Positions 9,397-18,117 of a stretch of DNA of 54,695 bases are shown one piece after another (position 1 is the stretch's first letter; the number at the start of each line of letters is the position of its first letter). The stretch is from Actinomycetota bacterium (GTDB taxonomy: Bacteria; Actinomycetota; Actinomycetes; Nanopelagicales; Nanopelagicaceae): the NCBI GenBank assembly GCA_039796875.1, contig JBDKIY010000001.1, forward strand, positions 1-54,695. Reading direction: 5' to 3'. The notes beneath the pieces were generated by a model. That model was not told where the DNA came from, did not search any database, and saw only the letters and a program-made list of their open reading frames with translations. Both the position numbers and the translations under genes were made by a program.

Positions 9397-10215
9397 ATGC
9401 AAAAGAAGTTATCACTACTTCTTGCTACTGCACTCTCCCTCACCGCAGTACTGATGGGTTCGGGAGCGGCATCAGCAAAGGAAGATACCTCGAAGCTAAA
9501 CCTTGTGAAGCCTGGCCACCTTGTTGTTGGAATGACTTTGCAATTCCCGCCTCAGATGTATCTAAACGCAGCAAAACAACCAGCTGGCTACGACTATCAA
9601 CTTCTTCGTCGTCTTGCCCGCGATCTAGGACTTAAGCTCGAAATCAAGAATATGGATTTTGCGGGTCTAATCCCAGGTCTAGTTGCAAAGCAGTTCGACC
9701 TTGTTTCAGTTGGTCTTGGCAAGAATCCAGACCGTGAAAAGTCAATCTTGTATGTACGCGAGTACATGCCTTACAGCACAATACTTGTGACCGGTAAGAA
9801 CAACACCACACGTCCAACAGTGGAAGCTTGGAACACAGCTGGAAAGAAGATCACAGCACTCCAAGGTTCATTGGCTGCGGGTTATGTCAAGAGCACATTC
9901 CCTAAGGCAACACTTGTGGAATTCCCATTACAGGATGCAGCTTTCTTGGAAGTGGCTTCCGGTCGTGCTGATGCAATTGTTGCTGAAGCAAACCTCTATG
10001 GTTTCTTCAATAAAAATAACCCTGGTCTTTTGAAACCGGTAGCGATGCCAAATCTACGCAGCTACTTTGGTCATTGGACCGTACAGCTCGGTAATGAAGC
10101 TCTCAAGACTCGTCTTGCTTCATGGCTTTGCGAAAAACAAGAAGCGGGTATTGTGAAAGCAGTATTCCGTCAGCAAATGGGCTACAAGATGCCTGATTTG
10201 CCATCTTGTAAGTAG
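9397..10215 (+). CDS. ABC transporter substrate-binding protein, family 3 (polar amino acid/opine type), secreted
   Basis: Signal peptide ending GAASA, followed by typical family 3 solute-binding sequence (FDLVSVGLG...). Confidence 0.85.
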   Translation: MQKKLSLLLATALSLTAVLMGSGAASAKEDTSKLNLVKPGHLVVGMTLQFPPQMYLNAAKQPAGYDYQLLRRLARDLGLKLEIKNMDFAGLIPGLVAKQFDLVSVGLGKNPDREKSILYVREYMPYSTILVTGKNNTTRPTVEAWNTAGKKITALQGSLAAGYVKSTFPKATLVEFPLQDAAFLEVASGRADAIVAEANLYGFFNKNNPGLLKPVAMPNLRSYFGHWTVQLGNEALKTRLASWLCEKQEAGIVKAVFRQQMGYKMPDLPSCK

Positions 10216-10232
10216 TTATTTCTCTATTGCAG

Positions 10233-10264
10233 CTGGGGAGGTTCATGAAAATGGGCCTCCCCAG
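10233..10264 (+). terminator. GC-rich hairpin downstream of the transporter genes (ctggggagg-N14-cctccccag)
   Basis: A 9-bp perfect stem 18 nt after the solute-binding protein stop. No clear U-tract follows. Confidence 0.5.
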
Positions 10265-10281
10265 TAGGAGATCGAGGGGCT

Positions 10282-10314
10282 TAATGGACAACTTGATATT
10301 CAAGTTGTCCATTA
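10282..10314. promoter_or_regulatory. Perfect 33-bp palindrome (15-bp arms, 3-nt centre); candidate operator or second terminator hairpin
   Basis: taatggacaacttga-tat-tcaagttgtccatta, 49 bp upstream of the ATG at 10363. Confidence 0.5.
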
Positions 10315-10362
10315 CGTTTAATATTTGAAAAGTAGTTGTCAGAGGTTTAGAAGGGGGCCAAA

Positions 10363-11802
10363 ATGCAGGTAATTGACTCTCAAGAAGTGTTAGTTATTGG
10401 CGGAGGTCCAGCAGGCTTAGCGGCCGCAATTGAAAGCGAAAAACATGGTCTTGGTACCGCGATTATTGATGAGCGAGCCAACCTAGGCGGTCAGATATTT
10501 AAGCGTTTAGGTGATGGATTTAAAGTTTCCTCAGATTCTTCACTGGGTGCAGATTATCTTCGTGGAGCAGAATTGATTTCCGCAGTTTCAAAATCCAAAG
10601 TAAAAATTTTCACCGGAACTCAAGTACTAACTATTGAGGATTCAACGGTTTTTACCTCACATCCCGAGCTGGGAGCTCGAGCTTTTAAATTTAAGAGTTT
10701 GATAATCGCGCCAGGTGCTTACGATCGTCCGGTAGTTTTTCCAGGATGGACTTTGCCTGGCGTTATGACCGCAGGCGCTGTTCAAACACTGGTAAAGACC
10801 CAGCAGCTATCACCAGGAAAGAAAATACTTTTTGCTGGCAGCGGTCCTTTAGCACTTGCTTTTTCGGCTCAATTGATAAAACTCGGAGCACCTGTATATA
10901 AAGTATTGGAAAGTTCTCATGCTCCCAAGCTGAGCGAGTTAGTACGTCTCACTGCTGCGGTTTCGGGGAACTGGAATTTGGCTGCAGATGCTATTCGCTA
11001 TCGGAGTATTTTGTTGAAAAATTCGATTCCATTCAAGTATCGCAGAATTGTGACTAAGGCCGAAGGTCAAGGGCGAGTTGAATCAGTTACGCACTCCAAA
11101 GTAGATGATCAATGGCGCCCCATCCCAGGTACTGAAGTGACAGAAAATGTTGACACCTTGTGTGTTGGTTACGGATTCTTTCCATCTCACGAGCTTTTTA
11201 GGTTATTGCAATGTGCCTTTAATTATGATGAGAATCAAGGTGGATTCAAGGTTGAGAAAGATGAGTGGGGGCAGACCAGCATTCCTGCAGTTTTTGCAGT
11301 AGGTGACGGAACCGGTGTTACGGGCTCATATGCGGCGGTTGCACAAGGCGCTTTGGCCGGTCTGAAAGCCGCACAGTTGGCAGGAAAAATCACTGAAAGT
11401 GAGCTAAAAATCCTGGCTAGACCCCATCAAAGAGATTTGCGAAATAGAAACAGATTTCAACGAGCCTTGAACCAAATGTTTGATGTTATGCCAGGTATTT
11501 ATGAATTAGCAGATGAAGACACCATAGTTTGCCGTTGCGAAAGTGTTACAAAAGGTCAAATTGCTAAGGTAATTAGCTCCACAAATGACATATCGGCGGT
11601 GAAGGCCTATAGCCGGGCGGGAATGGGCCTTTGCCAGGGTAGAAACTGCCAACGTCAGATAGCTGCGATGATAAATCAAAAATACCAAGTTCCCTTTGAA
11701 AAAATAGCATTTGCAACTCCGCGATTTCCAGTTAAGCCAGTAGAAATTGGTTTGATTGCTGATGGAAGTATTCAAGATGAAAAGTACTTTATAAATGAAT
11801 AA
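10363..11802 (+). CDS. FAD/NAD(P)-binding oxidoreductase with a BFD-like [2Fe-2S] domain (large subunit of an HcnB/OoxA/D-hydroxyproline dehydrogenase-type enzyme)
   Basis: VIGGGPAGLAAA dinucleotide motif. A second Rossmann motif at FAGSGPLALA. Cys cluster CRCESVT...C.GRNC. Confidence 0.8.
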   Translation: MQVIDSQEVLVIGGGPAGLAAAIESEKHGLGTAIIDERANLGGQIFKRLGDGFKVSSDSSLGADYLRGAELISAVSKSKVKIFTGTQVLTIEDSTVFTSHPELGARAFKFKSLIIAPGAYDRPVVFPGWTLPGVMTAGAVQTLVKTQQLSPGKKILFAGSGPLALAFSAQLIKLGAPVYKVLESSHAPKLSELVRLTAAVSGNWNLAADAIRYRSILLKNSIPFKYRRIVTKAEGQGRVESVTHSKVDDQWRPIPGTEVTENVDTLCVGYGFFPSHELFRLLQCAFNYDENQGGFKVEKDEWGQTSIPAVFAVGDGTGVTGSYAAVAQGALAGLKAAQLAGKITESELKILARPHQRDLRNRNRFQRALNQMFDVMPGIYELADEDTIVCRCESVTKGQIAKVISSTNDISAVKAYSRAGMGLCQGRNCQRQIAAMINQKYQVPFEKIAFATPRFPVKPVEIGLIADGSIQDEKYFINE

Positions 11803-13024
11803 AGATTTTTTGCCTGGCTTCTTGTCGCATCAAGAGAATTTAGGTCCACTGCCAAAAAGTACGGATGTACTGATTATTGGCGGAGGCCTTCTTGGAACCT
11901 CTTTGGCTTACTACTTGTCAAAAGAAAAGGTTGAATTGCTTCTTCTCGAGCGGGATGAGATAAATCGCGAGGCTTCAGGAACAAATGCAGGTAGTTTTCA
12001 CTTTCAAATTGCACTTCACCAATTGACTCCAAATATGACAGATAAGGAAAAAATCCGATTATCTTCAGAGGTGAAACTTCAGGTCGAAGCAGCAAAATTG
12101 TGGGATAGCATTGAAAGAGAATTGAATGCAGATCTTGGCGTTCACTTTGATGGTGGATTTATGGTTGCTGAAACTCAAGACGAATTAAAGGTTCTACAAG
12201 ATAAAGATGAAATCGAAAATGCGGCGGGTCTTGAAAGCTTCATTTTAACTGGTCATGAAATGCGCAATTTTGCCCCGTTTTTAGCGGATGATTTAGCCGG
12301 CATTGCATTTTGTCCGCGCGAAGGCCACGCCAACCCATTACTGGTGGGGCCAACTTATGCATTCCGAGCTGTAGAAAATGGCGCTCAGATTCGTACCTTT
12401 TGTAATGTTGAAAGTATCGAGGTATTAAAGGAAGATTCTAAGACTAATGGTGGCTTTCGCTTTAAAGTTAAGACTTCACGAGGTGAAGTTTTGTGTAACC
12501 GTTTAGTTAATGCGGCTGGTGCTTGGACAATGGAGTTAGCAAAGCTTGTTGGATTGAACCTACCTATGGGCTTGAGTGGCTTACATGTAAATGTGACAGA
12601 ACCCCATGAGTACTTTCTCAAATCTATGGTTCAACATATTGGAAGAAGATTGACCCTGAAGCAAACCCATAACAACACCTTCATTATCGGTGGAGGTTGG
12701 CCAGCAAAATCTGAAATTTATCCAAGGAGGTATAGCAATCTTTGGAGTTCTACTGCAGGAAATCTGGCGGTCGCCTTGCGAGTACTACCAATGCTTAAAG
12801 ATGTTAAGTTGATGCGCACTTGGAGCGGAGTGTGGGCTTTCACCAAAGACTTTAAGCCAATTTTAGGTGAATCAAAAAAAGTGCCGGGTTTTCATGTAGC
12901 AATGGTTCCAACGGGATTCACTTTGGGTCCCATGGTGGCTCAATTACTGGCAAATTACATGACCCACGAAAGTAATTCTAAATTAATCCCAGACGAGTTT
13001 AGCGTTGATCGCGAGGTTCATTAA
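11795..13024 (+). CDS. FAD-dependent oxidoreductase, DAO family (HcnC/OoxB/LhpB-like catalytic subunit)
   Basis: VLIIGGGLLGTSLAYYL motif and DAO-like length. It has an 8-nt overlap with the upstream subunit gene. Confidence 0.8.
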   Translation: MNKDFLPGFLSHQENLGPLPKSTDVLIIGGGLLGTSLAYYLSKEKVELLLLERDEINREASGTNAGSFHFQIALHQLTPNMTDKEKIRLSSEVKLQVEAAKLWDSIERELNADLGVHFDGGFMVAETQDELKVLQDKDEIENAAGLESFILTGHEMRNFAPFLADDLAGIAFCPREGHANPLLVGPTYAFRAVENGAQIRTFCNVESIEVLKEDSKTNGGFRFKVKTSRGEVLCNRLVNAAGAWTMELAKLVGLNLPMGLSGLHVNVTEPHEYFLKSMVQHIGRRLTLKQTHNNTFIIGGGWPAKSEIYPRRYSNLWSSTAGNLAVALRVLPMLKDVKLMRTWSGVWAFTKDFKPILGESKKVPGFHVAMVPTGFTLGPMVAQLLANYMTHESNSKLIPDEFSVDREVH

Positions 13025-13066
13025 TGAAACTACAAACTCTTAACCAAGATATGAAGGGAAGTAACT

Positions 13067-13993
13067 ATGGATCGTAACTCTGTGGATTGGAAAGGATATT
13101 GGCCAGCATCGCCAACACCTTTTACAAGCGCTGGTGAGATTGATTGGGATTCTTTTGGCAAGTTGTTAGATTGGTATCTAGAGCGTGGAGTCCATGGTTT
13201 ATTCATAAATGGCACCACTGGTGAGTGGTTCGCCCAAACTATTGCTGAGAGAAAAGCGGTAGCTGAATTCTTGGCTAAGAAGGTGGCAGGAAGAGTGCCA
13301 GTGGTTATTGGTATTACGACCTTTACCGCTTCCGAATCTATCGAGTTAGGAAAGCATGCCATCAGTGTTGGTTTATCTGGTGTTTGCTCATCTGCACCGG
13401 CATATTCAAAGACATTGCCTGATGAAACCGTTGCTTATTTTGAAACTCTGTCAGGAGCTTTAGATGCTCCCATAATGATCTATAACTGGCCACATGGATC
13501 GGGGATAGAAATTTTCGGTGAGCTTGCAGAAAGATTGGCAGATATTGAAAATGTTGTGGCAATTAAAGATAGCACTCCAAATGCAGATCAATTTAAAGAG
13601 ACTACAAAGCGTGTAGTAGGCAAAGTCAGAATCTTTGGCAATTTTATGGTGCCAGATAATTTAGATTTCATGTTGCAATACGGTGGAGATGGAACAATTG
13701 GTGGCGGAAGCATCTTTGGCAGAGCTGACACAAAGTATTGGGAAGATGTTTGGAATGGAGACATTACTACTGCTCGATTGCACGCGGAAAAGAATCTCGC
13801 TTTATTGGAAGCTCTTTGGTTACCCGGTGGCTGGGCTGGGAAATGGGGCGCATATCAAAGTCAATTGAAGAAGATTATGGAGATTATGGGAGTGCCGGGT
13901 GGAACCGTGCGGCCACCTCGGCTACCAATTACCGACTCGAAATCAATTAATGAAATACAAAGCATCTTGCAGAAGTTTGAAATAATCAGTTAA
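13067..13993 (+). CDS. Dihydrodipicolinate synthase family lyase (DapA-like; possible pyrroline-hydroxy-carboxylate deaminase or aldolase)
   Basis: NGTTGEW motif and the Schiff-base lysine context VAIKDST. Confidence 0.8.
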   Translation: MDRNSVDWKGYWPASPTPFTSAGEIDWDSFGKLLDWYLERGVHGLFINGTTGEWFAQTIAERKAVAEFLAKKVAGRVPVVIGITTFTASESIELGKHAISVGLSGVCSSAPAYSKTLPDETVAYFETLSGALDAPIMIYNWPHGSGIEIFGELAERLADIENVVAIKDSTPNADQFKETTKRVVGKVRIFGNFMVPDNLDFMLQYGGDGTIGGGSIFGRADTKYWEDVWNGDITTARLHAEKNLALLEALWLPGGWAGKWGAYQSQLKKIMEIMGVPGGTVRPPRLPITDSKSINEIQSILQKFEIIS

Positions 13994-14014
13994 GGACCGG
14001 AGAAGAGGAAAATT

Positions 14015-14959
14015 ATGAGCACCTTTCAGGGAGTAGATCACGCAGGAATTGGTGTTGGGGATATGGATACCGCCCTGGACTTTTGGTCAAGAAAATTGGG
14101 CTTCACGGAAGTTTTCTTTGATTACACAGGTGTAGTACCTGGCTTGGAAGAAATAACCAAGAAAAAAGAGGTTAAAGCCCGCATTGTGATGTTGGGAAAT
14201 CGTTTCACGACACGGCTAGGCCCTGGAAAAGTAAAACTGGTTCAAAGATTAGATGGTGATGGTGCTCCGCCATATCCAGCAGGAATTGGGTATGGAGAGG
14301 TTGGCTTAGCGGAGGTGTGTTTGCACACGCTTCACACCGAGAAAATCTTCCGGGAATTGGTGGATAACCAAGGCTGCAAATCACTTATGGAGCCGCTCAG
14401 TGCTGCGGTAGGAGAGCATCAAATTGATTTGGATATTGCCTATATCGCCGATCCTTGGATGGGTAAAGTAGAAATGATTGATTGGAAAGGTTTGTGGACC
14501 TCCAGACCCGCTGCACCTCGGATTGAAGGCGTTAACCATGTCGCTTTTGGCGTACATGATATGAAGACAACTACAGATTTTTACAAACAACTTGGATTTA
14601 CTGATCAGATATTTGAGTCTAAGGAGTTTTTTGATCCTATGGCTCCTTGGTACCAGGTAGGAAGAGCACTTCCAGGACACCACATGACGCTGTGGCTATC
14701 TGGTCAAGGCGCAGGAATTGAACCTGTTCGATTGACTCCACTTTGGGAGGATTGTCGAGGTGAGTGGGGACATGTTGGTCCAATGGATTTTGGGATCGGC
14801 GTGCAGAATATTAAGAAGGCAGTTGCTGAACTGCAAAGTTTAGGAATAGAAATGCATAGCGACATTCAAACTTTAGATGTCGGCGTTTCCGAATTTAAAT
14901 ACGTTTACTTTAAAGATCCTGATGACCAGTATGTTTCAATAGTTGAAAGCTCTTATTAA
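14015..14959 (+). CDS. Two-domain VOC (glyoxalase/bleomycin resistance/extradiol dioxygenase) family protein
   Basis: Two repeats of the G(V/I)DH(A/V)..GV.DM...FY/FW module (residues about 5-30 and 170-200). Confidence 0.7.
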   Translation: MSTFQGVDHAGIGVGDMDTALDFWSRKLGFTEVFFDYTGVVPGLEEITKKKEVKARIVMLGNRFTTRLGPGKVKLVQRLDGDGAPPYPAGIGYGEVGLAEVCLHTLHTEKIFRELVDNQGCKSLMEPLSAAVGEHQIDLDIAYIADPWMGKVEMIDWKGLWTSRPAAPRIEGVNHVAFGVHDMKTTTDFYKQLGFTDQIFESKEFFDPMAPWYQVGRALPGHHMTLWLSGQGAGIEPVRLTPLWEDCRGEWGHVGPMDFGIGVQNIKKAVAELQSLGIEMHSDIQTLDVGVSEFKYVYFKDPDDQYVSIVESSY

Positions 14960-15270
14960 ATTTCTCCGGCTTTGAGTCCAGCTTGAGTTTCTATTTTCAT
15001 GCCGGATTTCAGCCATGTCATGCATGCTCGAGTATTGGCTACATCATTAACTACAACTAAACAGTCGAAGCAAACCCCCATCCCGCAATAAATGCCTCGA
15101 GGCTGCCCCTCAGATGTTGTGCGCATCGCGACCATATTTTCTGCCATCATCACGGTAGCCACCGTTTCACCTTCAAAAGCCTTGATTTTATTGCCATTTA
15201 AGGTGACTTCAATTTCTGCACCTCGACGAATATTGTCATTCGACGTAATTCTAAATGCATGATCTGACAT
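14956..15270 (-). CDS. (2Fe-2S)-binding small subunit (HcnA/OoxA-small/LhpF-like)
   Basis: Contains CGMGVCFDCLV and a C-terminal RAC motif. Starting at MSDHAF (15270) gives 104 aa, because the longer track ORF would overlap the OYE gene. Its stop overlaps the VOC gene stop in a shared TTAA. Confidence 0.75.
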   Translation of the reverse strand: MSDHAFRITSNDNIRRGAEIEVTLNGNKIKAFEGETVATVMMAENMVAMRTTSEGQPRGIYCGMGVCFDCLVVVNDVANTRACMTWLKSGMKIETQAGLKAGEI

Positions 15271-15306
15271 GAGGCGAGTCTGCCAATATAAGATACTATT
15301 TTCAAT

Positions 15307-16395
15307 GTGATTCCAAAACTTTTTACTCCACTTATCATCAGGGGAAAAGAATTTAAGAATCGGATTTGGGTTAGCCCAATGTGCCAGTACTCTGCTGAAA
15401 ATGGAGTTGTTGGTACATGGCACTTAGTACATCTAGGTGCATTCGCCACTGGCGGAGTTGGGCATGTAATGGTGGAAGCAACAGGGGTTACACCTGAAGG
15501 TCGAATATCTATTGGTTGCCCCGGTATCTGGAATGATGAACAGGCCGATGCATTCAAACCGATAATCGATTTTGTACATCAGCAGAGGGCGCTGATTGGA
15601 ATTCAACTTTCTCATGCTGGTCGAAAAGGCTCAACGATGAAGCCTTGGGATGATCATGAAATAGCAACCGCAGATGAAGGTGGATGGAAAACTGTTGGAG
15701 CAAGTCCAATTCCTTACAAGGATTTTCCGATTCCACATGAATTAAGCATTGATGAAATTGGCGAGTTAGAAGCAAGCTTTGTTGCTGCCGCTAAACGCTC
15801 GGTCTCAGCCGGCTTTGATGTAATCGAAATTCACGCGGCTCATGGATATCTATTCCATCAATTCTTATCTCCACTCACAAATATTCGTGAAGATAATTAC
15901 GGCGGAACTTTGGAAAATCGGATGAGGTTTTTACTGGAAACTGCCGAATTGGTCCGCAAAGCCATCCCCGTCGACACCCCTCTCTTTGTGCGGATTTCTG
16001 CAACAGATTGGGTGGACGGCGGATGGAATCTGGAGGAATCCATAATTCTTTGCCATAAATTAAAAGCCTTAGGGGTGGATTTAATTGATGTCTCCACTGG
16101 CGGATTGGTCCACGATGCAAAGATTCCTTCAGGCCCTGGCTACCAAGTGCCTTTTTCGGCCGAGATTCGCCGGCAGGTAGAAGTCTTGACTACTTCAGTT
16201 GGATTAATAACTGAAGGAAAACAAGCTGAGGAAATTTTAGAAAAAGGCGAGGCTGATGCCGTAATGATTGCCAGACAAATGATGCGCAATCCACGATGGG
16301 CAATAGCAATAGCTGAAGAGTTTGGTGAAAAAATTGATTGGTCAGTTCAATTAGAAAGAGCTCGTAGGGTTGGTCCCAGAAAGTCTCCTCAATAA
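15307..16395 (+). CDS. NADH:flavin oxidoreductase / NADPH dehydrogenase (Old Yellow Enzyme family, NamA-like)
   Basis: Contains SPMCQYS, HAAHGYL.HQFLSP and RISATDW motifs. GTG start. Confidence 0.88.
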   Translation: MIPKLFTPLIIRGKEFKNRIWVSPMCQYSAENGVVGTWHLVHLGAFATGGVGHVMVEATGVTPEGRISIGCPGIWNDEQADAFKPIIDFVHQQRALIGIQLSHAGRKGSTMKPWDDHEIATADEGGWKTVGASPIPYKDFPIPHELSIDEIGELEASFVAAAKRSVSAGFDVIEIHAAHGYLFHQFLSPLTNIREDNYGGTLENRMRFLLETAELVRKAIPVDTPLFVRISATDWVDGGWNLEESIILCHKLKALGVDLIDVSTGGLVHDAKIPSGPGYQVPFSAEIRRQVEVLTTSVGLITEGKQAEEILEKGEADAVMIARQMMRNPRWAIAIAEEFGEKIDWSVQLERARRVGPRKSPQ

Positions 16396-16398
16396 TAA

Positions 16399-17283
16399 AT
16401 GAAAAGCGCATACGTTGTAGGTGAAGCGCTAATTGATTTGATTAATGTGGGTGGCAATCTTTCTGCACATGTGGGCGGGGGTCCGGCGAATACTGCGAAA
16501 GCTTTGGCTCGGTTGGGTTTTTCAAGTGTTTTTGTTGGCGGGATTTCCAGTGATGAATATGGAACTTTAATTGAAAGTGAATTGATTGAAAGTGGCGTTG
16601 ATTTATCTGCGGTTAATCGCTCAACATTGCCTACTGCTTTGGCGCGGGCGGTGATTGATGAAAATGGAGTTGCTCGGTATGAGTTTGAGTTAGAGGGAAC
16701 TGCCACCTTTGCATTTTCATCGGAGTGGTTGCCTAAGAATTCGGTGGATGTAGTGCATGTGGGATCGGTTGCCACTTTGGTGGAACCGGGGGCGAGCAAG
16801 TTGTTTAAGTGGGTTTCAGGACTTGATGCAGTGGTGGTTTTTGATCCGAATGTGCGACCTTCTATTGAGGGAGATGTTTCGCTTTATCGGGATGCGGTTG
16901 AAAAATGGGTTTCTGTATCTGATGTAGTGAAGTTAAGTGAAGATGATTTGAGCTGGCTGTACTCGGAATCTGAGGAATCTGTTGTCTCGAGATGGCTTAA
17001 TTCTGGGGTTTCTTTGGTGGTTGTGACTTTGGGTGCTGCGGGATTGCGGGCGTATGGCAAGGGCTTTGAATTAACGGTGCCGGGAGCACCTATTTCATTG
17101 GTGGATACGGTGGGTGCCGGAGACACTATTGGTGCGGTGCTGGTTGAAGGTGTTTTAAATAATGGTGTAGCGGGATTATTGGATGAGAAAGTTTTGCGTG
17201 CGGTACTAGAAAGAGCGGTATTTGCTGCAGGAATTACCTGTTCGCGGGCGGGGGCTAATCCGCCTTGGAAAGATGAGCTTTAA
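16399..17283 (+). CDS. PfkB-family carbohydrate kinase (fructokinase-like)
   Basis: N-terminal GEALIDL and GGGPANTA motifs; C-terminal DTVGAGD motif. Confidence 0.82.
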   Translation: MKSAYVVGEALIDLINVGGNLSAHVGGGPANTAKALARLGFSSVFVGGISSDEYGTLIESELIESGVDLSAVNRSTLPTALARAVIDENGVARYEFELEGTATFAFSSEWLPKNSVDVVHVGSVATLVEPGASKLFKWVSGLDAVVVFDPNVRPSIEGDVSLYRDAVEKWVSVSDVVKLSEDDLSWLYSESEESVVSRWLNSGVSLVVVTLGAAGLRAYGKGFELTVPGAPISLVDTVGAGDTIGAVLVEGVLNNGVAGLLDEKVLRAVLERAVFAAGITCSRAGANPPWKDEL

Positions 17284-18020
17284 GAAAGTCCTGCTTTTTC
17301 TGCTAGCTCTACAACTGCGTGACGGTTGTTAACTCCGAAGATTGAATAGATCTTGATGATGTCTTGTTTGATAGTTGAAGATGAGTATTTCAAGCGCTCT
17401 GCCATTTGATCAGTTGTGAGATCTTCTTTGAAGAGAGCGATGATTTGTTTTTGGCGTGGAGTCAGAGATTTCATATTTGACGAATAATCTTTGTCATTCT
17501 CTGCTTTACCGGCAATTAGGTTTCGAATATAAAGTCCACAAAGAGCTAAGACTCCGTGGGTAACCTCAGAGTTAGCGAAATCGCTAACTGGAGTTTTTAG
17601 TGAGGTAATTCCAATTGCGCCGATAACAGTATTACGGAAAACAATTGGAGCGGAAAGTGTTGCGCCAGAATCCTGAGGTTCGAAATCCTTTAGATGTGGA
17701 TATTTGGCAACTAATTCTTTTGGCGTAACAAAAAGATTTATTTCACCTGTGCGAGCAGCATCGGTTATTGGCATAGGTGTCCAGAGAGGAATTCTCATGT
17801 GAGGCTCAACCATTCGACTTTCATATCCATAAGAGCCTTGTAGATCTAAGAATCCTTCGCGTTCAATAATTCCGAGAATCGCGCCTCTGGCATCGATGGA
17901 GGCCAGGGTTCGGTTTACGAGGTGAGCCAAAAACTGTTCAGGCTTCGGTTCCTCAAGGACTGTCTTGGCAAGATCTGCAAGCAGTTTGGTGGTATCTGTG
18001 TTGAACACTCGTTTTAACAC
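17280..18020 (-). CDS. GAF domain-containing LuxR-family transcriptional regulator
   Basis: C-terminal LTPRQKQIIAL...T..QMAERL..S..TIK.. helix-turn-helix. The N-terminal 160 aa are GAF-like. Confidence 0.75.
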   Translation of the reverse strand: MLKRVFNTDTTKLLADLAKTVLEEPKPEQFLAHLVNRTLASIDARGAILGIIEREGFLDLQGSYGYESRMVEPHMRIPLWTPMPITDAARTGEINLFVTPKELVAKYPHLKDFEPQDSGATLSAPIVFRNTVIGAIGITSLKTPVSDFANSEVTHGVLALCGLYIRNLIAGKAENDKDYSSNMKSLTPRQKQIIALFKEDLTTDQMAERLKYSSSTIKQDIIKIYSIFGVNNRHAVVELAEKAGLS

Positions 18021-18117
18021 CTTCGGTTATGACCGGTGGCTTGTCCGGTAGATGCGTCAGTCTAGGTTAGAGGTGGGACAAAGAATCTGATTTTTATGCG
18101 TAAAAAATAGAACATAG

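Noticed and set aside
10363-15270. Reading the HcnA/B/C-like trio as a hydrogen cyanide synthase.
   Set aside because: Subunit sizes fit HcnABC. However, the same architecture is shared by opine oxidases and D-hydroxyproline dehydrogenase. The adjacent amino acid/opine importer and DHDPS-family lyase point to a catabolic imino-acid enzyme. The sequence alone cannot support cyanogenesis.
15271-15423. A 51-codon N-terminal extension of the 2Fe-2S protein ORF, which overlaps the OYE gene start.
   Set aside because: HcnA-type subunits are about 100 aa, and MSDHAF at 15270 gives 104 aa. The extension would overlap the divergent OYE gene by more than 100 nt.
16389-16799. A 136-aa minus-strand ORF inside the fructokinase gene. 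Comparable antisense ORFs lie at 20124..20522, 40953..41378, 42402..42773 and 50536..50943.
   Set aside because: All are fully embedded antisense to genes with clear family motifs. Their compositionally biased products carry no recognisable motifs, so they are typical shadow ORFs.
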